DNA of 64,000 bases from Eukaryota sp. TZLM1-RC. Lineage: Eukaryota; Protista; Metamonada: BaSk clade. Below the pieces are notes generated by a model. It was not told where the DNA came from and made no database searches. It worked only from the letters and a program-made list of their open reading frames with translations. Shown here one piece after another: positions 20,496 through 32,560 of the stretch (position 1 is its first letter; every line of letters starts with the position of its first letter). Made by a program: the position numbers and the translations under genes. The stretch covers positions 124,001 to 188,000 of the forward strand of contig JAUPSS010000005.1 in assembly GCA_040285825.1 (NCBI GenBank). The letters are read 5' to 3'.

Positions 20496-21287
20496 ATGTC
20501 AACTCTGTTTCCTGAAATTCTTGATGATTACTTGAAGATTCTAGTAGTATCTGATATTCATGACAACCGAAAGTTCTACGAAGCACTTACACCACTCCTA
20601 GAAAAACATCCTGTCGATTGCTCAATAGTGTGTGGTGATATACTTGATCTTCCACATCAAATCAACACATCCTTGGCACCTCTCTATGATGCTCAACTTG
20701 TTGAATATCTCACTTGTTTTTCCTCCCTCACGTCCAATGTTCTGTACGTCTTGGGAAACCATGATCCTGTGCTGCATTCCAGACTCATTCACTCTGAAAA
20801 TATTTTAAGAATTTGTACCCACAAAAAAAGGACTCTCATTACCCCGGGTCTTTCCATCATCGGCCTGAATGGTTCTGTTCCTTCCTACACTGATGATGCT
20901 CTCATCTATGAAGGTCATCCCTATGCTGATGACAACGCATTTGGCAAGGACCTGGAAGAGTCCCTTTCCTTAGCTTTGGAGAATGAGCAAGTGATTCTGC
21001 TTACTCATTCAGGCCCAAAAGGGGAGACTACCTTGGATCGCTCTGGATCTAAAGTAATCGATATGGGGTCCCAGTCTTTAAGCACGGTATTAGACAATAA
21101 TGAACAAATATTAATCAATATCCATGGTCATTCCCATAACTCTGCTGGGTTAGTTACTCATAAGCAATGCTCTGTGCTTAATCCAGGGAGTGGAGTAGCC
21201 GGCAAGGGATGTTTTCTTGAGTTGAGGAGAGAATTGGGTAAGTGGACAATTGGTAATATTGATTGGTTTGAGCTGGTGGTGGACTGA
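20496..21287 (+). CDS. Calcineurin-like metallophosphoesterase
   Basis: SDIH, GD, GNHD, TH, HGHSH, NPGS motifs. Confidence 0.85.
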   Translation: MSTLFPEILDDYLKILVVSDIHDNRKFYEALTPLLEKHPVDCSIVCGDILDLPHQINTSLAPLYDAQLVEYLTCFSSLTSNVLYVLGNHDPVLHSRLIHSENILRICTHKKRTLITPGLSIIGLNGSVPSYTDDALIYEGHPYADDNAFGKDLEESLSLALENEQVILLTHSGPKGETTLDRSGSKVIDMGSQSLSTVLDNNEQILINIHGHSHNSAGLVTHKQCSVLNPGSGVAGKGCFLELRRELGKWTIGNIDWFELVVD

Positions 21288-22080
21288 AGTAGAAATTTTA
21301 GGTTGAATGGAGGTTGGTCTTGTTTGGGTTAATATTGTAAATTTAATCAAAGTTTTTGATTGTTTTCTTATTTATTTCAACAAATTTAAAAATTTCAATA
21401 GTGTTATACAAATTTTTAATCAAGTTTTATTTTATTTTCAGTATATTTAATCCATCAAATTTTGCAAATGTTTAATTAAACTCAATTTCACTCACTAACC
21501 ATTCAAAAGTTGAGGTTTCATTTTAAATGCTGCTGGAGTGGACAATCAATACAAATACATCATCAATTTCATACTGTACATTTTTAATTAGTGTCTTTAT
21601 TAGAATTGTCATTAGAAATAGGTGTTTTAGTTAAATTTGTTCTTTGGTATTACTTGAATAAAATGCACTGCAGAAATTTCCTGAAATTGCAGCCCGTATT
21701 ACATAATCACTGAGCCTGAGTAGTTTTGCCTATTTACATTATTCTTATGGAAATTGCTTCTTAGTATCTTGGCTTGGAGTGTGGTAGAGAATCATGAACA
21801 GCAACTGCTCATTGAACAAGCTCTTTGACAGGGTGTGTAATCTATATTGGGTAGAATCAACATTCTTGGCAGAACCAAGTTGGCAGTAAAAACAGTTGTC
21901 CAGAAAGCCACTGTTGTGCTTATCACTTGATCACTAAGCATGATGTCCTATACTCAAAACACAGAATAATCCTTTTAGTTTTAGTTCATTTATTTGTTTC
22001 ATGCTTTTAATTTTAGTTTATTGTTAAAAACATAAAAATCACAGATCTCTTCACATCCTCTCTTCACATCCTCTTTTGAC

Positions 22081-25005
22081 ATGAACTTCCAGACTGATGA
22101 AGATGTTCGCAGGGAACTTAAGTCCCTGGATGCTCGCTTTACAGATCCAGACTTTGGACGCTATGGTTCCATCGTTATGCATTACTATGAACAGGAAAAC
22201 CTTCGAACTAGAGCCAAAGCCCTAGACGAAATGATGGACTACCTGGTCAAGAAACGTTGCAGCTCTCTCGAACGTTTCCTTAAACACTACTCAACAATCA
22301 TTAGCCAAGCTGAATCCGTCAATTCTCTTCTTGGCACCTTCCAATCCTCATTGAAGTTTGCTGGAGATCACCTCTCATTAACAGGAGGGACCTCAGAAGC
22401 CAAACGACTAGATTCGCTCCATCAACAGTGTATGACTCTAGACGGTGAGCTCAAGCAGCTGAAAGCTATAAGAGATGCTTTAGCAACACCCAATCAAATA
22501 CGTGATCTGATTGATTGTGGAAAACTTTTGACTGCTGCCAAGATGCTGGTTGAAAAGCGAAATCAACATCAACCACTGCTGACGTCATCAGTTGTTGACT
22601 TGTCATCAGTTAAACATGCATTCAAAGAGCTTGAACAGCTCATAATTGATCACGTTTTTCAACGATTTTCTGACCTAATCTTTGGTTCTGATGATCTTTA
22701 CTGCTCACCTCTCCTCTTTCCTACGACCTTGACCATTCCTTTTTCACCCTTTTTCAACCTGGAAAAAGCAGACGTTGATAACGAGGAAGAGTTGCTGACA
22801 GAAGAAGATAGTATCAGGAACAAGGAGCCAAATCAAGAACATTTAAGAAGCTTACTTGTCAGTAGGTTTTTTAATTTGTTAAGCGTTTTAAAAGTTTTGA
22901 ATTCCGAAAATTCAAATTATTTTTCAAAATTAATTTCCTTTCTCAATTCAATGATTCAGGAAAAAATTAATGTTTTGTCCAGTTCAATAACAAATTCTAG
23001 TATTTATTCAGAAAAAATTAACAATGTTCGAGGTAATTCTAGAGATAATGGGTTAGGAAAAGAAAATAATAGCTTATTCAAGTTCTCTCTCAATCAATCT
23101 GTCAATCATTATTTGATTGATGACGCAACGACTGTTTCTTCAAAGGTCAAGTCTATTCATTCAGGTCAATCATCAGGACAATTATCTGACGATTACAAAT
23201 ATTTTAAGAATTTGTATGTAGGGTCAAAGACAAGCTCAAATTCTTCAAATAGAGATCAGTCTTTCGGGGTCAAGAGAAGTCACGTGACCAGAACTAATAG
23301 AAGGGATCACAAAAGAATCGATCATTTTAGTAAATTACTCTTCATTCAGGGAACACGACCAAAATTTGGGGAAATTTCTCTTATTTCTCATGTTTTGACT
23401 CATTTAATTACTGCATTTTATTATTCTTTTAAATTAAGTTTTGTAATAATCTCAAAACTATTTGAGTTAAAAGAATTCAATAAGAATTGTGTAAAGTTTT
23501 TAAATACTCTTTGGATTGTCATACAGAGCGAGTTGACAAAGTTTATCTCCCTTCATTCTTTTATTGATGAAGATCCTGATACAACCACGTTTAATTTTTC
23601 TTTTAATAATGTTTTTTCAAATGCTGAATTTAATGGCATTTTTGAAATTCAGTCAAGTTCTTTACATCAAATAAGGAAGCTTTGTAGTCCTTCGCCATTC
23701 TTTTTGGCCTATTTTTATGGGCCTGCGCTCAAGTTAGAATCAGAAGTCGTCAAAAGTCTATCAACAGTCAATGAAGGTCAAGCTGATTTTGATCCTATTC
23801 TGACCAGTTATTTGAGTTCTGGAACTAATTTAAAACATTATTTGACTGGAATTAAAAAGGATGTAGGAAAGCGACTGGCACACATTTTTGATCACGTTTC
23901 AGAACCATTTTCGGAAGTTGATTATGACCCTAATCTTCTAAGATTTAGATCATTGGATGATTTTAGCCGAAATTCTGGTAATTTTTCTTATTTTTCACTC
24001 CATGATTTTTACTCGGAAAGACCTCCATTGCATGATAGACCACTAATTAAATGTATTTTTGGACTTTCAATCATTCTTAATGACCTTTTGGTCGACACTT
24101 TTAGATTTTTACCATTCGCCAAGTTTTTACCAGATCCATTTTGCCAAGCAGTCATTAACTCTCTTTCTCAAATAGAATCTTTCTTTCCTGGTCAATCTAG
24201 TCAACGGGATTCTTGGAGACTGGGAGCTGCCATTGTAAATTCATTATCTTGGCTGACATATTATCTGGATAATGTGGCGAATGATGTAAAATTTTGCAGT
24301 GTAGTTCAAAAATCAACTCCATCAGCTCAAAAGTCGACCCCGACATCACGTCATCGTCGGTCAATTTCAGCCCCAATAGCCAGTCCAATGCATTTAGAAG
24401 AAACCCCTAAAATTTTGGGAATCAATCTGAATATTTCAGATAAAAATAGCATTGAGCTGCTTTCTTTTGTTTCATCTACGTTGTCAAGTTGTCTTGATGC
24501 CATCAAAAAAACTAGCAGAAATCTTTTGTCGTCACTAGCCAAGCTTTTCTCTGAACGATTGTCGAGACATATGGATTCTTTCATTCACGGTCATAACATC
24601 TCTTCCAAATGGGCTAATACAATTTCTCTTGAGTTGAGTGAGTGTTCGTCATTGGTGGTTGAGTTATTGAGTGAAGAAGATATTTCATTTGTTATCAAAA
24701 GTGCAATGAATTCGTTGGACACTCTGCTGGTGAACGTTCCAATCACTTCTTCTCTAATCGAAGAAGATGTTCATGGAATTGTTTTGAAAGGTATCTCAAA
24801 CCTTCGACAATCGGTTTCGGTATATTCGTCAGGACCTAATGTATTGCATTCTTCTTTTACGTTTTTTTCACTAGTCAAAGCTTTAGATACTCATGATGAA
24901 CCTTCTGTTAGGAACTATACATCTGATGCAAAGAAGGATCAATTTATCACGAATGAACACATAGCTTGCGCGTACAAGTTATTTGGAAAATCATTTGATG
25001 ATTAA
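22081..25005 (+). CDS. SEC8: Exocyst subunit Sec8/EXOC4-like
   Basis: N-terminal LD.....V..Y..I...L..L..I...P..I..LI..K...A..LV pattern of Sec8; 974-aa helical protein. Confidence 0.6.
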   Translation: MNFQTDEDVRRELKSLDARFTDPDFGRYGSIVMHYYEQENLRTRAKALDEMMDYLVKKRCSSLERFLKHYSTIISQAESVNSLLGTFQSSLKFAGDHLSLTGGTSEAKRLDSLHQQCMTLDGELKQLKAIRDALATPNQIRDLIDCGKLLTAAKMLVEKRNQHQPLLTSSVVDLSSVKHAFKELEQLIIDHVFQRFSDLIFGSDDLYCSPLLFPTTLTIPFSPFFNLEKADVDNEEELLTEEDSIRNKEPNQEHLRSLLVSRFFNLLSVLKVLNSENSNYFSKLISFLNSMIQEKINVLSSSITNSSIYSEKINNVRGNSRDNGLGKENNSLFKFSLNQSVNHYLIDDATTVSSKVKSIHSGQSSGQLSDDYKYFKNLYVGSKTSSNSSNRDQSFGVKRSHVTRTNRRDHKRIDHFSKLLFIQGTRPKFGEISLISHVLTHLITAFYYSFKLSFVIISKLFELKEFNKNCVKFLNTLWIVIQSELTKFISLHSFIDEDPDTTTFNFSFNNVFSNAEFNGIFEIQSSSLHQIRKLCSPSPFFLAYFYGPALKLESEVVKSLSTVNEGQADFDPILTSYLSSGTNLKHYLTGIKKDVGKRLAHIFDHVSEPFSEVDYDPNLLRFRSLDDFSRNSGNFSYFSLHDFYSERPPLHDRPLIKCIFGLSIILNDLLVDTFRFLPFAKFLPDPFCQAVINSLSQIESFFPGQSSQRDSWRLGAAIVNSLSWLTYYLDNVANDVKFCSVVQKSTPSAQKSTPTSRHRRSISAPIASPMHLEETPKILGINLNISDKNSIELLSFVSSTLSSCLDAIKKTSRNLLSSLAKLFSERLSRHMDSFIHGHNISSKWANTISLELSECSSLVVELLSEEDISFVIKSAMNSLDTLLVNVPITSSLIEEDVHGIVLKGISNLRQSVSVYSSGPNVLHSSFTFFSLVKALDTHDEPSVRNYTSDAKKDQFITNEHIACAYKLFGKSFDD

Positions 25006-25095
25006 TGTTAAATAAATAATTAAATCATTTGATGATTAATGTTAAATAAATAATTAAATCATTTGATGATTAATGTTAAATAAATAATTAAATCA
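24988..25095 (+). repeat. 34-bp tandem repeat x~3.2 spanning the Sec8 stop codon and an AATAAA
   Basis: AAATCATTTGATGATTAATGTTAAATAAATAATT repeated perfectly. Confidence 0.95.
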
Positions 25096-25117
25096 ATTTA
25101 TTACTTTTATTATACAT

Positions 25118-26689
25118 TTAAATAGGTACTTCAAAGCTCTCCACCTTTGACAAAATCTCATTTTCAAAGTTTCGAGAATAGAATCTAACAATATCTTCAG
25201 GGTAACAACTGTTAATTACATTGATTAATTCAAAAATAGAACTTTCTTCAACACCTTCCTGATTATCCTCGACCACTGATTTAATTTCTTGCAGTCTCTG
25301 TAATCCCCCAGTGGTGACAAACATCTTTCTTGCATCAACATTGGAGGGCAACACTTTTGATAACTGTTCAAGTGTCGCTAAAAGAATGCCTGTATCAACA
25401 GTTTCTTCCTTGATAATACAGTCAACAGCACCCAATTCAGTAGTCATTTGGATGACTGCCTTCAATGCTCTTTTGGTCTTCACCACCAGATCTTCAGAGC
25501 TTGAGGGATTGAGCAAATTCATTAATCGTGGAATGAACCCTAATTCATTGAGTGAATTGCCGTGTTCAGGGGAATGTCTTCCTACTTGACCCAAGGACCA
25601 AACAGTTGCAGCCTTGACGTGATCCTCATTCGTCACTTCCAAAATATTCAACAAAGAATCAATAACTTTCTCACTGATAACAGCTAATGCTGACGTGGCA
25701 CTAAATGCAGAGATAAACCCTACAGCCATGATGGCAGGTAAAGCCTCAGCTGGTTCCTCCTCAATGCAATCTTCAATATAGCTAGCAAGCCCTGCAATTC
25801 CGCCATGATTAACCACCAAGGAGGCATTTTCAGGGGTCATTTTGGCGATTTCCCTAAGCAAAACAGCTGCATTCTTACACACTTTAAAATCCTTGTCTTT
25901 GAGCAAACGAACAGCCCTGGGAACCACATCGTACTCAATAACAGATTCAGAAAGTTCGACAGAATGTTTAGCAATGTTTGCTAGTGCTGATAGCACACTC
26001 CGTCGGAGCTTTTCATCTGCATTTTGAATGTAATTCGCCAAATTGCTGATGGCTCCACAATCAGCAGCTGCTGTTGCCAGATCAGGGCTATGCTTAGCTA
26101 TATCACTAATACAAGTAGCTGCAATGCGTTTAAGGGCGAGCTCAGGGTCTTGCAGAGTCAAAACCAGGTTTGAGAGTACGGAATTGTCAGCAACGAAAAG
26201 AGCAAGTTCGGCATTGTGTCTGGCAATGTGGCAGAGAGCCCAGGCAGCAGATTCCTTGAGGCCGGGATCAAACTCAGTGAGTGCGGCAGAGAGAAACTCT
26301 AGGGCACCAGAGTCAACGATGGCTTGGGCTAGAGCAGGGGTATGGCGGGCAACGGAGCGAATGACGAGACATGCTGCCTTCTTGATATGGACATTAGCAG
26401 TGGTGTTTTGGGCAGAGAGTGAAGAGATGATGGTTGGTAGGATGTTCTCTACAACAATGGATTCAGCTACCTCATCGCTAAAATTGGCAAGGCGGCCAAG
26501 TGCGAGCATGGCAGATTGTGCTATTGAGGGAACACTATCCATGATAAGAGAACGCAAAAGAACGAGAACATTGGCACTCATTAAAGAGTCAATGTTCTGG
26601 GGACGTGTGGACAACTCAGCGATGGTTTGAACAAACGTGCTACGAGCACGTTGATATTCCTCAAAGGCGAGTAAGATGGAGCGAGACAT
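25118..26689 (-). CDS. SPAG6: Flagellar central-pair armadillo protein SPAG6/PF16
   Basis: FEEYQRAR..FVQT.AEL..RPQN, ALGRLAN, FV..GGL, IN.CYPEDIVR.YS. Confidence 0.95.
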   Translation of the reverse strand: MSRSILLAFEEYQRARSTFVQTIAELSTRPQNIDSLMSANVLVLLRSLIMDSVPSIAQSAMLALGRLANFSDEVAESIVVENILPTIISSLSAQNTTANVHIKKAACLVIRSVARHTPALAQAIVDSGALEFLSAALTEFDPGLKESAAWALCHIARHNAELALFVADNSVLSNLVLTLQDPELALKRIAATCISDIAKHSPDLATAAADCGAISNLANYIQNADEKLRRSVLSALANIAKHSVELSESVIEYDVVPRAVRLLKDKDFKVCKNAAVLLREIAKMTPENASLVVNHGGIAGLASYIEDCIEEEPAEALPAIMAVGFISAFSATSALAVISEKVIDSLLNILEVTNEDHVKAATVWSLGQVGRHSPEHGNSLNELGFIPRLMNLLNPSSSEDLVVKTKRALKAVIQMTTELGAVDCIIKEETVDTGILLATLEQLSKVLPSNVDARKMFVTTGGLQRLQEIKSVVEDNQEGVEESSIFELINVINSCYPEDIVRFYSRNFENEILSKVESFEVPI

Positions 26690-26930
26690 TGAGCTGAGAG
26701 CGGCAAAGTTGGATTGATTTGTGCAAATTGCATTTCCATTGGAGCTCTACCTCGTTATATTAACTCCATTTTGAATAATATTACGGAGTTTTATAACCAC
26801 CGAGTTGCTTTACAAGTGAATAGCGAAAATCTCTCATCATTTGATGGGGTTCGTAGTAGAAACAGTATTAGTTAAGGTTGTTGTCAAGTTGTACAATGTG
26901 CCCGTTCCAAGAATAAAATCCTTTTTCCAT

Positions 26931-27056
26931 TGAATCTTTGACCCTCGCAAATTCTGACAATTGAAGCAATCAGCAAAAAATGTTGTTTGCAAAATTGAAA
27001 TTTCAATTTGGCTGAGATTAACAGAATTGAAGCGGTCAAGGGTGTCGAGAGTTCAC
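26931..27056. repeat. Imperfect ~125-bp palindrome / fold-back element
   Basis: TGAATCTTTGACCCT..AATTCTG..CAGC opposite GCTG..CAGAATT..GGGTGTCGAGAGTTCA. Confidence 0.45.
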
Positions 27057-28665
27057 CAAAAATTCAGAAAATTGAAAAAGAAAGAGTTTATTATACAAAA
27101 TGGAATCACAAAAATTAAACAAAAATTAAACAAAAAGAATCAAAATTTTTATTTATAATAATTTCTTTTTTTATGTTACTTCCAAGCTGTAAAACATGAC
27201 AAATACATTTGATTACTACTGTTTAATGATATGGTACAATCAAAAAATGCAATGATACGTCCATCATCAGAAAACAGTGACTAAGTTATGAAAAAGAATG
27301 GCTGAGAAGCAATGGAAGCAATTCAAACTAAACGCAATATTTTTGTGACAATTGTTATTGTCTAGATTCAATGCTAAAAGGTCGGAAACATGACTTTTGG
27401 GTGAAAATTGTTGCAGTTGTCCAAAAGCTTTATCATCAAATTGATAGCTTAGATTATATAGGGGATAGGCCTGCGTATTGGTTTTGCATTATAGTTTTTT
27501 GCTATCAGTGAATCTGTAGAATTTTTGTATTCTTCCGTGCACATCAAGTTATTACCTAAAAAAGGAGAAAATAAAAAAATCATTTTCATAAAATATTAAT
27601 TGAGCTTTAGCAATAATGACAGCAAATTCATAGTCTAGTTCAAGGAGATTCAGTGACATGGAATACTGCACATCAGTATATGAACATCAGAAGGTGAAAC
27701 TGACTCAAAAATGAATGAAAGGTCATCAACAGCTAGTTATATTTTACCAAAACCTGGCTGACATTGTTTTAAAAGTTTGAGAATCTATTCTGGGTGATTC
27801 TGGAGATGAACAAGGAGAAGCAGAATGCATTGATGAATGAGAGTCGTCACTAGAGGTATCTTCAGAGTCAGAAAGAGGGGAGCGGGAGCCTCGACGTGAT
27901 GTCTCGGGGTGAAGAAGCAATCAGCATGTTAGTCATGTTTCTGCGAGATTCTCCTGACATTTCACATTCTTAACAACATGAAGCAACAAAAGAAGAATGA
28001 TAACGAGGTAACGGACTCAGTTTCCACCTCCTCCTTCAACTTGTTCTTCCTCCCGAACTCCTCAGTCGGGAACAGTTGTCCTCCATTACAGGAATAAACG
28101 GAAGGTCAGAGCCTCGATTTCCTATTGGAATCGTCGTTCTGAGTTGAGTTGCAATCAAGACAATACCTTCCGTGGGAATAGAGTACTGAATTTTTTTGCG
28201 TCATCATGTGAGTCTTGATATGGGTGCCGATAAATCAGCCATGGTTATTATCACTTCAGGTATGGGATGTTTTTCTTGTTTGTGTTTTGTTTTAAATTAT
28301 TATTATTTAGATGATGTTCAGATTGTTGATTTTTGTGGTTCAGATACTTGCACTCCAGATGTGGGATGTTTTGGTTTAAATTCTTGTTATTACGCATATG
28401 TTCAGTTGGATGTGTATGGTTATAATTGATGTCTTGAATACAGTAACTTTCAACATCTCTTATCAACAAACCCTACTTCTGTTGATTTAACAATGGATGG
28501 AGATGTTGAAACAAATCCTTGTCGCAAAAAGAGAAAATTCAATAGTAAAGTAATCATTCCGTCAAAAAATTATTGGACACGAGACTTTTGACCAACAAAC
28601 ATCAAAGCGTCGTGCGGAAAAAACAACAATAATCACAAAATTGCGAAAGATGTACTGAAAATACA

Positions 28666-29238
28666 ATGTTGAATATCGAGAACAGGAAGATTTTGACAAA
28701 GAAACAAATGCAACCGAGTATGGTCAACAAAATTGAGCCAAGTCGTAGTGGCATCAAGCCTGATCTTTTGATTCAATTCAAATCAATGACCACAAATCAA
28801 AATCTTCCCACTGTTATGTGCTGTGATCTTGAAACCTATCAGGATGATCAACTTTACAAAAACAATGAGAAACATTGTATCAAACCTAATAAAATTATTG
28901 ATAAAATAAGCAAAGAAGTTGTAACGCTTTTGAAATGAAAAACTGATGAGCAAATGGATGAATGGATTTCAGACCAAAAAATCTTTTTAAGTTCCATTGT
29001 TATTGTGATGTTTGACCAACACAAAGTTCAATTTGAAAGTAAATATTCGATACTGTTGAAAATGAGTCATCAAATTACCAGTTTACCTGAAATTGATATG
29101 GATGTACAGGTAGAATTGTTCGATAACGAAGAAACTTTCCTTCGTATATTTTCAAACATTATTGGTAGTTATTTACCACATTGTTTATTGAATCACAATT
29201 TAATCAACTTTGCTTTACAAATTTTGAAAAACACTTAA
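28666..29238 (+). pseudogene. Family B DNA polymerase 3'-5' exonuclease domain remnant
   Basis: ExoI-like VMCCDLETY and ExoII-like F.NEETFL.IF....PHCLLNHNLINF split over two short ORFs. Confidence 0.5.
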
Positions 29239-30073
29239 AACACAAGCCTGAACAGTTTCCACGATTTCTAGCTGATGGTCTCAATCGAGTATGTGGCTCC
29301 AGTGATGTTTGTCAATTTTGAGAATAATTTTAAATTCAATTATGAAAGAAATTTCAATCGTTTCATTAATGTATATTTTGACAAAGTAGATGTGGAAAAT
29401 GTTACTATTATTATTTTAGCTTGTAACAGTGAGAGTTGCAGACTCAGTAACAAAGGCTAAACAAAACTTTTCGATAGAAATAAGCTGGGTTGTTTAAATG
29501 TGTTTGCAATTGCTGAAGCCAGAATGAGTGGTCATGAAAGATCTCCGTATCTGTGTAGTACATAGTTTTTGTAATTATTCTGCACGAAAATTGATCGTGT
29601 ACTTATGGGGAATTTTCCATGACGTAGATTTTGAAAATTCTCTCGTCATTCAATTAATGGGGTGTGCAGTAATTACCAGTAATAGTCAAGGTTTTTGGTT
29701 GAGTTTTAAAATGTGACTGATTCAAAAGGAATAAAACTTACCTTTAACTCAGTTCTGTATTAAAAACCTCTTCCTTTGTTTCGAGAAAACAAATTACAAA
29801 AGATTTGCTTGTTAGAATTCACCTTAATTGACTTACACAATCTCTTCCCAATTGATGTTGTGGTCCTCAAGTGTTCTACAACGTGAATCTTGCTAGCACG
29901 GTGATCAGATCGACAAGTTGTTGTTTCTTTCCAATCTTCCTGTTGCATGAGTCAACTGGATATTGTATATGATTTCTGAAGAAATAAGAAGTAGAAATAA
30001 CGTATATTTTAATCTTTTGCTTTAATCATTCTACAATACTCAACTTAAAATATCAATTTATTCAAGACTAAAA

Positions 30074-31984
30074 TTATAAAATCTTTTGGAACTTAGTTTT
30101 CCCCCGTTTGCCCCTTTTTCCTTTTACATTAACTGGCTTTGATTCCTTTTCAAATGTTAATTTCTCGAAGAAGTTGTGAGCAAAATCATCAGTAGAAATA
30201 CCCTTGAAGTAACTTTTACAATAATCTGACACCTCCTTAACTGAACCACACGTGACCAAAAACTCCACAAAACCATCAGCACCATCACTGGGGAAACCAA
30301 AGTCTAAAACTTGTTGTCTCGCCCAATTAAATAAACTTGATGAACATGTAAAGCCATTAGATTGAGAGTCAGGAGTAGCAGCTGGGCTTGTAACAGGTTT
30401 AGCACTGGACTTATTGTTTGGTTGATATCCCCAAATATTGGATACATTATTAGAATTACTTTCAGTGGGTTCACCATTGATGGGTGCGACAGGTACGGGT
30501 GCGACGATTGGTTTGGGACTTGGTTTATTGGAGCTCGGAGCAGGTTTTGAGCCATTAAGTAAAGCCAAACGTTCACTGAGAGTCAAATGACTTGGTTTGA
30601 CTTGCTCCGACTTCTGACCTAGTTGACGTTTCAGCCTTTCTTCTTCCTGGATTTCTTTCAAACTCTTTTGAGGTTTAACATTTGCATTTGGCTTTGTAAC
30701 ACTTTGCTGCGCTGTCCATTTCAACTTGCTTTCACTAGTGACCTTGCTTGCCGCTTGTTTAGCTTTACGCAGTTCTTCAGCTTTCTTCATTTGTTCACGC
30801 TGAATATCAGCCAAAGAGAGGCGTTGTTTGGTGGGTTTTGGTTGAGACGAACCAAGACTTTCTCTTGACTTTTGCTGAGCTTGACTAATTTTGACCGAAA
30901 CCACGTCACCAAGACTCACATCAGAAACAGGGCGTGTGGATAAAGCATCATACTCATAGCTTGAACTTTCCTTTGCCTGGGGGGTAAAAAACTGAGGGGA
31001 TTCCTGAACGGAAGGTCTGATTGGAGTGGTTTCCTTTGGCTGAGAAGGCTTGGAAGGCTTCTTTTTCGAACTTTTCCATTTTATAGGAATAAAGTCCTGG
31101 TCAAAAAGATCTTGACTATCCTTGACTGATGACGTGGCAATCTGGGGGGATCTTTGAAACCGTGATACCAGTGGGGAAGAAGGAGAAACGGTAACCAAGA
31201 AAGAACCATAACTATCAATCCATTCACTAAGCAAAACAAAACCTTTTTCTTCAAAATTCAATGATTTTTGATCAAAATTATTGATCCTAATTTCCAATTC
31301 TTGAGGTAGAAAGCCCTCTTGATACCATCTTTGCATGACGGGTGATGCATAAGGACCTTGGAGATTACCATGAGAGTCCACATATTCAAAGTTGAGCAGG
31401 GAAATCCCTGGTGGCTGGCTGGGTTGGGATTCATCTTGTTTCTGGGGGACTTGCAAATGGATCTTTGCAGGTTCCGTGCTATGGTTAGAAATGGGGTTGG
31501 GGTTAGGGTTGGGGTTAGCAACTGGAAGAAGAGGCTCCTCCAACTCCACGAGACCATCAGCAACAGGTCTACCGGTGTCATTAGCACTAGCAACTACAGA
31601 CGTGTCTTCATCCCAATCCAAGTCAAGGGAGGTTGAATTCTCGGGAGCTTGCCAAACTTGGAGGTCCTTTGGTTCGGGTTTTGGTTCGGGGCGGGTGAAT
31701 TCAAAAGACTTCTTCTCGGCACGACGCCGTCCACCGCGTACTGGGGCAGGGGTGCCACGTGGTCTACGTTCTTTCCTGGTGTTGGCTTTTTGAATACGTT
31801 GTTGTTCGAAAGACGTAACAATTGAAGGGTCAAACTCAGGGTTGAGCAGACAATGTGGGTCGTGACGGGTGCTGTTGAAAGCTTCATCTATTTCTTCCAA
31901 CCATGAAGGAAAGGAGGAGGAAGGATTGTACAGTGAGATCAGTTGTTCACGCGAATATGAAACGTCGTTGAGAGGCAGAGACAT
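30074..31984 (-). CDS. GYF-domain protein (GIGYF/Smy2-like)
   Basis: YSREQLISLY N-terminal motif; Y.D..G..QGP....M..W...GF...L GYF domain; SL.EIQ.EE repeats. Confidence 0.85.
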   Translation of the reverse strand: MSLPLNDVSYSREQLISLYNPSSSFPSWLEEIDEAFNSTRHDPHCLLNPEFDPSIVTSFEQQRIQKANTRKERRPRGTPAPVRGGRRRAEKKSFEFTRPEPKPEPKDLQVWQAPENSTSLDLDWDEDTSVVASANDTGRPVADGLVELEEPLLPVANPNPNPNPISNHSTEPAKIHLQVPQKQDESQPSQPPGISLLNFEYVDSHGNLQGPYASPVMQRWYQEGFLPQELEIRINNFDQKSLNFEEKGFVLLSEWIDSYGSFLVTVSPSSPLVSRFQRSPQIATSSVKDSQDLFDQDFIPIKWKSSKKKPSKPSQPKETTPIRPSVQESPQFFTPQAKESSSYEYDALSTRPVSDVSLGDVVSVKISQAQQKSRESLGSSQPKPTKQRLSLADIQREQMKKAEELRKAKQAASKVTSESKLKWTAQQSVTKPNANVKPQKSLKEIQEEERLKRQLGQKSEQVKPSHLTLSERLALLNGSKPAPSSNKPSPKPIVAPVPVAPINGEPTESNSNNVSNIWGYQPNNKSSAKPVTSPAATPDSQSNGFTCSSSLFNWARQQVLDFGFPSDGADGFVEFLVTCGSVKEVSDYCKSYFKGISTDDFAHNFFEKLTFEKESKPVNVKGKRGKRGKTKFQKIL

Positions 31985-32229
31985 TGAGAGAAAACAGAAT
32001 ATTTTGGGTTTAATTGGTAAATACGAATAAGTTTTATTCCCTTGAAGCATTCACATTTTAAAACTCAACCAAAAACCTTAACTAATGCTTTTACCTACTC
32101 AACCCATCATTTGAATGACGGGAGATTTTCGCTACTGACTTGCATAGCAACTTGCTTGCTATAAAACCACGCAATGTTATTCACAATGGATTTAATAGAA
32201 CGAGGAAGGGCTTTCAATAACGAAAATAC

Positions 32230-32560
32230 AATAAAACAATTATTTATACAATTCTGTTGTTCCAAAGCAGAAAATCAGATGTACGACCACTTTCTTTGAG
32301 AAGTTTTCCTCAATCATCTAAAAAGTTACATATTCACTTCAAATGGTACCAAAAATTGAATTGCCATTTGTTGTTGTTACTGAACTAGGCTGGTAGACAA
32401 TAAAGCTCTCATTTCTTCTTTTCACCTTTGGTATTTCTACCTAACGGCAACAAATTGGAAGAAATATGATGTTTCTGCCTCTTGCTCCATTGAGACGTTG
32501 AATGAGAACTTCGTATTTTTTGATTTCTGGGAAAACTCTGCAGCTATTTCGTCAAGAAGA
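32230..32560 (-). mobile_element. CRE-clade 3' remnant
   Basis: Similar to 1020-1140 (K..KY and FSIFGT..FLDD coding traces); interrupted. Confidence 0.45.

Noticed and set aside
27200-28200. Possible further element or gene remnant
   Set aside because: Partial manual translation gave no recognisable motif
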